The notes beneath the pieces were generated by a model. It saw only the letters and a list, made by a program, of their open reading frames with translations, did no database searches and was not told the DNA's origin. A DNA stretch of 64,000 nt from the IMG/VR virus record IMGVR_UViG_3300036770_008686, positions 1 through 64,000 of that record; one strand, 5' to 3'. This DNA is from a virus. Both the position numbers and the translations under genes were made by a program. This document shows positions 29,220-38,032 of this stretch, one piece after another (within the stretch, counting starts at the first letter, position 1; every line of letters starts with the position of its first letter).

Positions 29220-29932
29220 AAGTCCGATTCGTTTTGTTTTGAGTTTAGAAAATTCCAGTTATAAGAACAAATATAAAGATGATTTTGTTTTACTGTTTTT
29301 TCAGAAAACGTTTTGGGAAAATTAGAAAAAATAATTTCTGCAATTTCGACGTCCTTTTCTTCGGTTATTTGGTTATTACAATCTATATTAAGAGATCCTT
29401 TTTCTAGATTGGATATCCAAATTTCTGATAGGTCTATGAGAAAGCTGTGGATATTCTTATATGTAAGGGCTCCTTTTTTTGATTCAAGAATCGCAACACA
29501 TTTAGATGGTTTAAAGTTTTTAATAACAGAAATAGTTTTAGGGGTGGGCCCACATAAAGTTTTTCTTAAATTTTTAGCAAGTTTTATTTTAGATTGTTCT
29601 TCTTTTATGGTCTTTATTAGTTCTTCATCAATTAAATAATCTTTTATTGCTTTATTAATTTTAAAAGAACCAATATCGACCATGCCTAAGTCTATAAGTT
29701 CGCTTAAAAGTTTTTTATACCAAGGCGTAAAATCATCTGGTAGCTCTTCAATGATTGCAGGCCAACAATGGTTCAAAAATAACTTAGATGGCGAATCCTT
29801 TTTGAAAGATTCACAAAGTAACAACCTCCACCACTCAGTCTTCTCCAAATATTTTGGATTATTTTTCTCAATGCTAAATTTCAACAATTCAGCCAAACGC
29901 TCATCTTCAAACAACGAAGCCAGCGTAAACAT
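29216..29932 (-). CDS. Hypothetical protein
   Basis: ORF tiling. Confidence 0.6.
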   Translation of the reverse strand: MFTLASLFEDERLAELLKFSIEKNNPKYLEKTEWWRLLLCESFKKDSPSKLFLNHCWPAIIEELPDDFTPWYKKLLSELIDLGMVDIGSFKINKAIKDYLIDEELIKTIKEEQSKIKLAKNLRKTLCGPTPKTISVIKNFKPSKCVAILESKKGALTYKNIHSFLIDLSEIWISNLEKGSLNIDCNNQITEEKDVEIAEIIFSNFPKTFSEKTVKQNHLYICSYNWNFLNSKQNESDF

Positions 29933-29935
29933 ATA

Positions 29936-30334
29936 TTACAGTAACTTTAATCCAGAAGTAACAGCATCTATTTTAGAACACTCGTCGGGTCCGATAGCAA
30001 CACAAGTATATGTTGGCTCTTTAAACTCTGTTTTAGCACTATCTTGAATTAAGTGTGCTTCTAGATTTTGTTCTTTTGCTTTTTCATAAATTTCCAAAAG
30101 CTCTTTCTCGCTATCAACTCTTACACAAATTTTAACAAAACTATTATTAAACCAATTATATTCTGCTTCTGTGAATTTGGGGCTTGTAGCATTTCCGTTG
30201 CTATCAAATACCCTTCTGCTTAAAAAAGCCATAGAAGCATGACTTCCTTGGGCAATCATTTTGCCCTTCCTCATAGGAGGGTCTGTATCTGTCCTCATAA
30301 CTATAACTTGTTTGGTTTGCATAAATAGCCTCAA
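29936..30334 (-). CDS. pth2: Peptidyl-tRNA hydrolase, Pth2 type
   Basis: KQVIVMRTD, GKMIAQGSHA, KICVR, QDSAKTE, TCVAIGP, KLL terminus. Confidence 0.92.
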   Translation of the reverse strand: MRLFMQTKQVIVMRTDTDPPMRKGKMIAQGSHASMAFLSRRVFDSNGNATSPKFTEAEYNWFNNSFVKICVRVDSEKELLEIYEKAKEQNLEAHLIQDSAKTEFKEPTYTCVAIGPDECSKIDAVTSGLKLL

Positions 30335-30415
30335 GAGTGTCTTGACAATGTTTTTTTCTTAAAATCGAAATTTTACTTCATATATAGAAGTGATTCAAAT
30401 TTCGAAAAGCAAATT

Positions 30416-30901
30416 ATGATTAAATGTCAATGCTGTGGAGAAAAAACTACAAATCCCAAATTTTGTTCAAGATCTTGTTCTGCCAAAATAACTAACAAGA
30501 TACCCAAGCGTAAAAAAAATATTAGTTGCTGTGTTTTGTGTGGCAAAGAAACCGAATTTTTCAGACGTAAATATTGTCAAATTTGCAATCCAATGAAAAA
30601 AGATTGGGATAAAATTACTTATGGGGAGGCAACCGGCAGACGTAAGTATCAAAAAAATTCTCGTATACGCAACTTAGCTCGCAATGCATATAAAAATTCA
30701 AATAAGCCAAAACGCTGTATCGTTTGCGGGTACTCTTCTCATTTTGAAGTTTGTCATGTAAAATCTATATCATCATTTCCAAGCGAAGCAACAATAGCAG
30801 AAATTAATCACATAAACAACTTAATAGCATTATGTCCTAACCATCACTGGGAACTAGATCACAATATTTTAGTACTGCCGGTAGGATTTGCACCCACGTA
30901 A
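30416..30901 (+). CDS. HNH homing endonuclease (free-standing)
   Basis: CxxC zinc ribbons, EVCHVK...NLIALCPNHHWELD. Confidence 0.88.
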   Translation: MIKCQCCGEKTTNPKFCSRSCSAKITNKIPKRKKNISCCVLCGKETEFFRRKYCQICNPMKKDWDKITYGEATGRRKYQKNSRIRNLARNAYKNSNKPKRCIVCGYSSHFEVCHVKSISSFPSEATIAEINHINNLIALCPNHHWELDHNILVLPVGFAPT

Positions 30902-30945
30902 ATCAACTTAGAAGGTTGATGCCTAATCTACTCGGCCACGGCAGC
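30873..30945 (-). tRNA. tRNA-Arg(UCU), non-canonical T-loop
   Basis: GCTGCCG/CGGCAGT; TCAAC-CTTCTAA-GTTGA; T-loop TGCAAAT. Confidence 0.88.
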
Positions 30946-30960
30946 ATATTTTCGAAATCT

Positions 30961-30989
30961 ATTTTATAGTTTGCCCACACAAAAGTCAA
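30961..30989 (-). promoter_or_regulatory. Sigma70-type promoter for tRNA-Arg
   Basis: TTGACT-N17-TAAAAT. Confidence 0.65.
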
Positions 30990-31004
30990 CAATTTAACAA
31001 TAAA

Positions 31005-31273
31005 TAGGAGCGGTGGGACTCGAACCCACACTTGAAGGATTTTCTTACTACTATGGCTTTCGCCACCCTCTCGGTTTGTAGTCTGGACTTTACCTTCACC
31101 ATTACCTTTCGGTTTTAGGTGCTGCCCGTCAAGTCTCTACACCTTCCCTTACGGGCTTGGCTCGGTATTAGCAGTTAAGCCTCCACCGAATTTGAGCAGT
31201 TCTACTCTAAAGGTTTCCCTCTAGGCACTCAATTTCATTAAGTCCTTTGACTCTGCCGTTGGTCTACGCTCCC
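31005..31273 (-). tRNA. tRNA-Leu(UAA) interrupted by a group I intron
   Basis: Exons 31240-31273 and 31005-31043 join to AAGGA-CTTAAAA-TCCTT; acceptor GGGAGCG/CGCTCCT. Confidence 0.92.
31044..31239 (-). ncRNA. Group I self-splicing intron (IC3-like, 196 nt, no ORF)
   Basis: P AAATTCGGTGGA, Q AATACCGAG, R GTGTAGAGACTTGACGGG, S AAGGTAAAGTCC; ends in G; inserted after U34. Confidence 0.92.
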
Positions 31274-31303
31274 AATCTTCTAGTTTAAAACGGTCTACTT
31301 CAA

Positions 31304-31376
<73 letters not shown>

Positions 31377-31384
31377 AATTAACT

Positions 31385-31600
31385 TCAGTTCAAAAACAAC
31401 CATTGATTTTGGTTATAGACATACCAGTGTCCATTGTAATACATGTACCACACTCCCGTATTGTTGTCAAGGCGATATTGTGGTTCCTGATAAATTTGGC
31501 GATTCTGGCTAAGGTTTCCACTTTGGAAGTTTTGAATACCGTTGTAACCCTGCAGAATAACAAAAACAATATTAAGTACGGTGGTGATGACAGTTAACAT
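31385..31600 (-). CDS. Small protein with hydrophobic N-terminus and aromatic C-terminus
   Basis: AAGGA RBS; MLTVITTVLNIVFVILQ. Confidence 0.65.
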   Translation of the reverse strand: MLTVITTVLNIVFVILQGYNGIQNFQSGNLSQNRQIYQEPQYRLDNNTGVWYMYYNGHWYVYNQNQWLFLN

Positions 31601-31614
31601 TTTTATTTTCTTCC

Positions 31615-31740
31615 TTGAAATTGTTTTTTTTTACTCTATAATAATCAAAGACAGCAAATGATTAAAATTTAGAGTTCCTTTGGTCGGTGTCACCGGGAGC
31701 CTTCTTCTTGTGGTGAAGTTGAAGGCTCCCGGTTTTTTTT
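31615..31740 (+). ncRNA. Candidate sRNA 1 with own promoter and terminator
   Basis: TTGAAA-N16-TATAAT (31615-31642); 12-bp stem CCGGGAGCCTTC/GAAGGCTCCCGG + T8. Confidence 0.6.
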
Positions 31741-31832
31741 ATAGTCTTAGTGCTAATTCTTAGCACAAAACCTATACGTACCGAGATATGTTTTTAAATT
31801 TCGGTACAATTAAATTGGTTTAAATTAAAGCC

Positions 31833-31953
31833 TTGAATTAAACCAATTTATTGGTATAATATAAATCCTTTCTTGGCGTGCCGCCGGGAATCTCTTGCAT
31901 TGACTAGAGTTTGATCTCTAGTGACGCCTTTGTGGGAGGTTCCCGGCTTTTTT
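31833..31953 (+). ncRNA. Candidate sRNA 2 with own promoter and terminator
   Basis: TTGAAT-N16-TATAAT (31833-31860); stem GCCGGGAATCTC/GAGGTTCCCGGC + T6. Confidence 0.6.
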
Positions 31954-33184
31954 AATCTCTTGATCCATTGTAGATTTCAAATTCGTCCTGATTCATTTTT
32001 TTACTTATATCTGGACCGTTTAAATGTGAATAGTCTTGACTTTTTGTTTGAATTTCATAATCTAAAAATTTCCAAGCCTTGTTAACACTGCCTATAATTT
32101 TCCCATACTCTAATAGACTTATTCTTTTTTCTTTATGTAAATCTTCTTTCATTCTTAAAAGTTTTATAATATTTTTATTATTTAATTCATAGAAAACAGT
32201 GTGTATAAAAAACACAGTATCAGATATTTGGTTAGAATATTTTAATTGATTTAATTTTTGTCGTGTTTCTTTTGGATCATTTTCTCTTAATATATAAGTA
32301 ATTATTGCTGTCGAATCCCTAGTTTTGTTAACATTGCTATCGACTCTCACCTTAAGTCCAGGGAAAATAGTTTCCAAAAGACCAAGACTTTTAAAGCTTA
32401 AAATATAGCTTTCAATATTTAAGCTGGTTTTTAGTCCGCTCAAAAACTCAGCACTTATTCTTTCTTTGCTTACACCTTTTAAATCTTTGTAATTGTCTAT
32501 AGCGCTTATTGTTCTAGGGTCTAGGTGTTTTGAGATAATATCGTTGTTGAATCTTGAAAAAAATCTTATCAATCTTAACACTCTAAGTTTGTCTTCTCTA
32601 AACCTCTCAAAAGGATCACCTACCACCCTAACTTTTTTGTTTTTAATGTCAATAAAGCCCTGTCCTTTTCCTTGGCTATCGATATTGTAGTCTTTTATTT
32701 CTTTGTTGTTTAAGTCATAAAAAAGAGCGTTTATATTTAAATCTCTTCTTTTTGCGTCTTCTTTTGCATTGCTATAAGTAACCTCGTCTGGTCTTCTTCC
32801 GTCGCCACTCAAAGAATCATAATATTCTTTTCTGAAGGTTGCTATCTCAAACTCTTTTCCGTTTACTATGGCACTAATTACTCCAAAACTAGCACCTTTT
32901 GCAAAAACCTTAATACCAGCGGCGGCGGCTTCTGGAGAACTTAGTATTTTTTCAACCTGCTCGGGTGGTTGATCGGTGGTTAGATCTATATCTTTTGGAT
33001 TATATGGTACATCTTTTTGATGAAAAAGATGATATAAATAGTCTCTTATAGAACCACCTACTGCATACAGTTTTGCTCCAAATTTACTAAAAAGACCATT
33101 TAACATATGCACTTCGTCCGGCATAGGAACTTCTGCGGCAAGGCTCTCATACTCTTCAGTAATTAACCAATTTTTAAAATTCAT
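31952..33184 (-). CDS. cca: tRNA nucleotidyltransferase (CCA-adding/poly(A) polymerase family)
   Basis: AVGGSIRD, DIDL, EIATFR, DAKRRDLNINAL, RFREDKLRVLRLIRF. Confidence 0.92.
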   Translation of the reverse strand: MNFKNWLITEEYESLAAEVPMPDEVHMLNGLFSKFGAKLYAVGGSIRDYLYHLFHQKDVPYNPKDIDLTTDQPPEQVEKILSSPEAAAAGIKVFAKGASFGVISAIVNGKEFEIATFRKEYYDSLSGDGRRPDEVTYSNAKEDAKRRDLNINALFYDLNNKEIKDYNIDSQGKGQGFIDIKNKKVRVVGDPFERFREDKLRVLRLIRFFSRFNNDIISKHLDPRTISAIDNYKDLKGVSKERISAEFLSGLKTSLNIESYILSFKSLGLLETIFPGLKVRVDSNVNKTRDSTAIITYILRENDPKETRQKLNQLKYSNQISDTVFFIHTVFYELNNKNIIKLLRMKEDLHKEKRISLLEYGKIIGSVNKAWKFLDYEIQTKSQDYSHLNGPDISKKMNQDEFEIYNGSRD

Positions 33185-33252
33185 TATTATTATATATCAA
33201 ATTTGATTATTATTATATATCAATTTAACGTAGTTTTAAACTATAATATTTT

Positions 33253-33495
33253 ATGTATTTTTCTTCTAAAGAGTTGGACTTAGCCAAAAAATATGCGAGT
33301 GGAGACCTAACTGAAGTTCAATTAAACTATTTGGCTTTTCAAATAGGAACAAATAAAAGAAAGCTAAAAAAATTAGCTAAGTGCTTAAAAAACACAGAGC
33401 CTTTTTTTGTTGCCACTAAATTGTTACTTGGATTTATAATATTTCATCTTTTATTTTGTTTTTTTTATTCTTTATACAATGTTTTGATCTGCTAG
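33253..33495 (+). CDS. Small membrane protein (one C-terminal TM)
   Basis: Hydrophobic C-terminus; precedes M14 peptidase. Confidence 0.55.
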   Translation: MYFSSKELDLAKKYASGDLTEVQLNYLAFQIGTNKRKLKKLAKCLKNTEPFFVATKLLLGFIIFHLLFCFFYSLYNVLIC

Positions 33496-33563
33496 GTAAT
33501 ATATAATTATAGAACAAGATGTTCACATAAAAAAGATTTTTATGTTTTTAAAAAAGGAGTTTT

Positions 33564-34484
33564 ATGTTAAAAAAAGGATTTTTAGTATTATTATTGTTCA
33601 TACTGATTTTTTCATTAAGTTTTAAGAGTGCTCCGGCCACTAAGCAACCTGTTGCCAAGCCGATCAACGCCCCAAAAATAGAACAATATATTTCTTCTTA
33701 CCAGACATATGAAGAAATTATAACACGTTTTAAAGATTATGAAAAGGAATCACCAGAGCTTATAGATGTTTTCCAATATGGAAAAAGCTCCAAAGGCAAA
33801 GATCTTTATTGCGTTAAAATAAGCAACGAAAGAAAGCCTGGAGATAATAAGGTTTTAGTGACCGCTAGCATACATGGTAATGAGCCCTTAAGCACGAGTG
33901 TAAGCATGTCATATGTTCTTTACTTTTTAAGTAACTATAAAAAAGATAAAGAACTAACAAATCTACTTGACAAAACAACAATCTATTATGTTCCTGTAGT
34001 GTCGCCAGATAGTTATCCTCACTCTAGGAGTGTTGATAACGTTGATCCAAACAGAAACTTCCCAACTATCAAAGACCCAAACAAGGAAAGTATTTTGGTG
34101 GTTGAAAACTTAAAAAAACTTTTTTCTAAAATCAAACCACATAGTGTTTTATCTTGCCACACATATGGAAGAATGTTTTTGATCCCTTGGGGAGACAATA
34201 AAAAAGATTGTCCAAACCACAAGGATTACTATGATTTGGCAACAAAGATGGGTACCTCAGCAAACTATAGAGTCTTAAAAATATCTCAATTGTATGGGCA
34301 TCCAATATTTGGAACAGAAAGCGACTATTACTATAGAAATGGATCTTTTTCTATAGTAATCGAGTTGGGAACTCACCAAAAAAAGCCATCTTTTGAAGAT
34401 ACTAAAAAAGAGTTCGAAAGAACAATAATTAGCTTTTTAATGTTTGTTAAAGAGTCGCCTAAAATTAGGATTCTTGAAAAATAA
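33564..34484 (+). CDS. Exported M14 zinc carboxypeptidase
   Basis: Signal peptide; IHGNE, NRNF, CHTY, IELG; AGGAG RBS. Confidence 0.9.
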   Translation: MLKKGFLVLLLFILIFSLSFKSAPATKQPVAKPINAPKIEQYISSYQTYEEIITRFKDYEKESPELIDVFQYGKSSKGKDLYCVKISNERKPGDNKVLVTASIHGNEPLSTSVSMSYVLYFLSNYKKDKELTNLLDKTTIYYVPVVSPDSYPHSRSVDNVDPNRNFPTIKDPNKESILVVENLKKLFSKIKPHSVLSCHTYGRMFLIPWGDNKKDCPNHKDYYDLATKMGTSANYRVLKISQLYGHPIFGTESDYYYRNGSFSIVIELGTHQKKPSFEDTKKEFERTIISFLMFVKESPKIRILEK

Positions 34485-34490
34485 ACTAAT

Positions 34491-34805
34491 TTAGGCTCTA
34501 TTTAGGTATTTACAAACATCACAGAGGCCAGCCTCTTTGATGCCAACGTTACAGTCTACACAAAAACATCCTGTTTCGTTGTCCGGAATATGAGACTTCT
34601 TTAGTTCTTCTGGTATTTTGATTTTTATATGTGTTTCTATTTCCCAAACAACATCATCCTCATCCGTCGCTACAAGTCCATTTACAACATCGTAATTCAT
34701 ACTTTTAATTACTTTATTTCTTTTGCCTGCTTTTCTCATGGCGTCTTTAAAAAGCCAAATGAGAACATAAGAATTAAAATCAGATTCTAATTTAATGTTT
34801 GACAT
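34491..34805 (-). CDS. Hypothetical Zn-finger protein
   Basis: C-terminal CxxC..CxxC. Confidence 0.55.
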   Translation of the reverse strand: MSNIKLESDFNSYVLIWLFKDAMRKAGKRNKVIKSMNYDVVNGLVATDEDDVVWEIETHIKIKIPEELKKSHIPDNETGCFCVDCNVGIKEAGLCDVCKYLNRA

Positions 34806-35016
34806 AAAATGATGAAAAATAGCTAAACAATAAAATAAAAGTATTAAAAGTCAAGAACAATATAATATTTAAAACGTAATTTGCGTTATAATTTCGATTA
34901 TAATTAATTTTAAAAATATCGACAATTATAGCTGCAACTGTGGAATAAACAAAGAACAAGACAATCGAAAGAACTCCTGCTGCTACTAAATTTCTAAATG
35001 TATTTAATAAGAACAT
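34792..35016 (-). CDS. Small two-TM membrane protein
   Basis: Two hydrophobic segments. Confidence 0.55.
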   Translation of the reverse strand: MFLLNTFRNLVAAGVLSIVLFFVYSTVAAIIVDIFKINYNRNYNANYVLNIILFLTFNTFILLFSYFSSFYVKH

Positions 35017-35022
35017 GATAAA

Positions 35023-35307
35023 TTATATATATCTAACTAAATACTCTTCTTCGCAGTCAATAACCATTGGAGAGGGTTTTAATTCATCAAACCACAACAT
35101 TTTTTGACAGTCTCCCCAAGCCTCTATACTAATTATTTCTATCCAACCAATGTTGGGTCCTCCGTATTTTTTTGGAAAAGCACAATAAAAATAGTTTCCT
35201 GGTTTAAAATTTTTACCCGGAATGAGGTGCGGTTTAACAAAACCATTTAAAGTCTTATGCATCTTTTTTATCTTCTTCAAAACATCCATAACCAGCTTGG
35301 TGTTCAA
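35023..35307 (-). CDS. Hypothetical protein
   Basis: ORF tiling. Confidence 0.5.
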   Translation of the reverse strand: MNTKLVMDVLKKIKKMHKTLNGFVKPHLIPGKNFKPGNYFYCAFPKKYGGPNIGWIEIISIEAWGDCQKMLWFDELKPSPMVIDCEEEYLVRYI

Positions 35308-35527
35308 AAGTTAGCAGTCCGACTCTAGGACTTTTATTGTTTGTGCAAACCCCCCAATCCATTCCTAATTTTCCTTCCAAAACAAAATAATGTTTACATC
35401 CACTGCTACAATCTGGGTAACTTTCATTATCTTTTTCCCAGCGTTCTACCTTTCCCCAAGGAATATAGTCTGTTGGGAGTTTTTTCATTATGTTTAACAA
35501 ATTGTCATGTAACTTGGTCATCATCAA
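35255..35527 (-). CDS. Cys-rich hypothetical protein (DUF3027-like)
   Basis: CSSGCKHY..LEG.LG.DWGVC.N..SP..G..TFEH...GC. Confidence 0.55.
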   Translation of the reverse strand: MMMTKLHDNLLNIMKKLPTDYIPWGKVERWEKDNESYPDCSSGCKHYFVLEGKLGMDWGVCTNNKSPRVGLLTFEHQAGYGCFEEDKKDA

Positions 35528-35723
35528 TATCTTTTTTAATAGAGCCAGATATTAGTTTAATAGGAGCACAATCGCAATGCACCGCCATCATTTCTTGGCA
35601 ATCATTAATCATTTCCCTGGCTTCTGTGTAGTCTTTGTCTCCCAAAGAGTTTTTAATTTTATTTTTTAAAATAGAAAGTTTAGAAGCCAAATCACAAAGA
35701 AGATAAATAGTGTCTTTATTCAA
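35505..35723 (-). CDS. Hypothetical protein
   Basis: ORF tiling. Confidence 0.5.
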   Translation of the reverse strand: MNKDTIYLLCDLASKLSILKNKIKNSLGDKDYTEAREMINDCQEMMAVHCDCAPIKLISGSIKKDIDDDQVT

Positions 35724-35743
35724 TTTAAGCCTTTAAAAAAAGT

Positions 35744-35783
35744 AAAGGCCTGTTTCACACACCCAAACGTGAAACAGGCCTTT
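35744..35783 (-). terminator. Hairpin terminator
   Basis: AAAGGCCTGTTTCAC/GTGAAACAGGCCTTT stem. Confidence 0.65.
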
Positions 35784-36020
35784 ATAGAAAAAAAACTTTT
35801 ATCAGGAACTCTTCTCTATCGGAATATACTTAACACCGCTATCGGTGGTCTGGACAGTGCCAACTTTATACTTTGGGCTTTCTTCCTTAACCTTATTAAT
35901 CCATGCTTCAACATTAATATTGGGGTTGTCACCCAAAACAATTACACCTACTTGCGACATACTATTCTCCAAATCCTTTTAGGCAAATGAAAACCAAGAA
36001 CAAAGAAGAAACGTACCCGG

Positions 36021-36293
36021 TCAATTTTTTAAATTAGTTGTTAAGCCAAGAGACATCAACTTGCCTCTTATTGTTTCTTGGCTTGTTTGATACTTTTTAC
36101 TCAAATCTTTTATTCCATATTTCTTATACTTTTTTAGAAAATTTAATATAGAGTCTTTCATCTCAAAGCTTTCGCTTCTTGTGCATACCTGAATTTTGAC
36201 CACATCTTTCAAAAGCTTTTTAAGCTCGTTAGAAGAAACTTCTTTTGAAAAACTTTTTCCGCCTTTTTCATACTCAACTTTGAGCTTGCTCAT
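36021..36293 (-). CDS. Hypothetical protein with C-terminal HTH-like segment
   Basis: IKDLSKKYQTSQETIRGKL. Confidence 0.55.
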   Translation of the reverse strand: MSKLKVEYEKGGKSFSKEVSSNELKKLLKDVVKIQVCTRSESFEMKDSILNFLKKYKKYGIKDLSKKYQTSQETIRGKLMSLGLTTNLKN

Positions 36294-36450
36294 TTCTCTA
36301 CCCTTCTTGGTTTTAAAAAGAACGCTAGTCTTGTAACCGCCTACGAAAAGGACAACTAACAGTCATCCGACAAAATAATATACGCTATTTTGCCACAACA
36401 GTTCAAGTGTTTTTTTATTTTTTATTTTCATATATATTTTTAGAAACAAA

Positions 36451-36891
36451 ATGGAAAAAGAATTTTTAAATAAAGACCAAATCAAGCAGGAAATTAAACA
36501 AGAAATAAAAGAGTTTAAAAAATTTGCCTTAAAAGAAGATACCATGAAAATAGCGATTGCTGTCATAGTGGGTGGCTCAATACAAAGGTTTGCCAACTCT
36601 ATATCGAATGATATATTATCGCCTATAATAAACCTTTTAGTATACAAACCAAGTGGGTTTTGGAACAAATTAGCTGTCAGCATCAACAAAGATACTAAAA
36701 TAGAAATAGGCAACCTAATAAGTTCATTTTTAGAATTTACAATAATATCTTTAATAGTTTATGTAGTTTATATGAAGCTAATAAAAAATTTAATTAAAAA
36801 TGAAAATATTAATAATAAGACTTGCAATCAATGCTTTTCTTCTATTAACTACATGGCAAAAAGATGTCCATATTGTACAAGTAGACTGTAA
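36451..36891 (+). CDS. mscL: Large-conductance mechanosensitive channel with C-terminal Zn ribbon
   Basis: EFKKFALK..IAIAVIVGG..NDILSPII..IGNLISSFLEFTII; CxxC..CPYCTS tail. Confidence 0.88.
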   Translation: MEKEFLNKDQIKQEIKQEIKEFKKFALKEDTMKIAIAVIVGGSIQRFANSISNDILSPIINLLVYKPSGFWNKLAVSINKDTKIEIGNLISSFLEFTIISLIVYVVYMKLIKNLIKNENINNKTCNQCFSSINYMAKRCPYCTSRL

Positions 36892-37102
36892 AAAATAATG
36901 TTGTATAATTGTTGTTGATGAACAAAGAAAAATTAGATTTATTTAAAATAAAAGAAAAGTGTGTGATCTGCAAGGAATGTACGCAATACGATAAAAATAC
37001 CCACATAAATAAAAGATACTTCTATGTAGATTGCGTAGGTCAATTGTGCTCAAAATGTTACAAAAAATTTGTAGTTTGATATAATTTATAATATATAACT
37101 TT

Positions 37103-37711
37103 ATGTATTTTAAAAACTGGTTGAAACTTTTTGAACAAAATATGTTCTTATTGAGAGATAAAACTCAAAAATTAGATTTGGGAAAAATTCTTGGGTTTAA
37201 AAAACCACTTGTAAAATTTAGCCAAGGAAGCATAGCAACAATATACGAACACCCCAACACTAAAGACTTATTAATAAAAGTAACTTCGCACAAAGACGAT
37301 ATCAAAAATATAATCACTGCACAAAAACTAAAGAGCGATAACGTTGTAAAGGTCTTTTCTTGGCAAACCGGAGAGTTGGTAAAACAAATTCCACAAATAA
37401 ATTCATACGCAATAATAGTCGAAAAAATATTAGGCAACTCTATGAGTTACACAACCAATGAATTTTTTGAATTAAGCTTAGATGGAAGATTTGAATTAGC
37501 AGCAGATTGGTTAGATGGAAACCTTCACAAAAGACAAATAGCCGTACTAGAACACAATCAAAAAAACAATCTAAAAGAGCACTCCAAGCTAAATAGTCTA
37601 TTTCGTGTATTAAACAAATTAGAGAGTCTCTACAGAATAGAACTCTCAGATTTTCAAGATAATATAATAGACTCAGGAGATAGATATGTTATTGTTGATA
37701 TGGGATTTTAA
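37103..37711 (+). CDS. Protein kinase-like fold protein
   Basis: SQGSIATIY (G-loop), LLIKVT (Lys), SDFQDNII (catalytic loop), VIVDMG (DFG-like). Confidence 0.7.
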   Translation: MYFKNWLKLFEQNMFLLRDKTQKLDLGKILGFKKPLVKFSQGSIATIYEHPNTKDLLIKVTSHKDDIKNIITAQKLKSDNVVKVFSWQTGELVKQIPQINSYAIIVEKILGNSMSYTTNEFFELSLDGRFELAADWLDGNLHKRQIAVLEHNQKNNLKEHSKLNSLFRVLNKLESLYRIELSDFQDNIIDSGDRYVIVDMGF

Positions 37712-38032
37712 TTTAGATGTCTCAAATTCACATCTAGTCTCATGTTCATCATAAATATAATTTAATTTTCTATTTAAAGTTTTTTCTATTTTTTTAATCA
37801 ATTTTTTTGTTATTTTTTCTCCACAATAAAAATTATTTCCTACAACTCTGGCCCTTCTTTGCGAATAGGGCAGGTCGATAATATCGCTTCTGGTGATATC
37901 GTATTTTTTTGAAAAGATAAAAGAAACAATGTCTCGCCAATAATCTACGTGATTGACATCTTGAATGTCGTAGATAATGGTGTCATCATCTAAAATATAG
38001 ACCGGGAATCCACCATCTGGTTCTTCAGGCAT
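37673..38032 (-). CDS. Hypothetical protein
   Basis: ORF tiling. Confidence 0.6.
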   Translation of the reverse strand: MPEEPDGGFPVYILDDDTIIYDIQDVNHVDYWRDIVSFIFSKKYDITRSDIIDLPYSQRRARVVGNNFYCGEKITKKLIKKIEKTLNRKLNYIYDEHETRCEFETSKLKSHINNNISIS

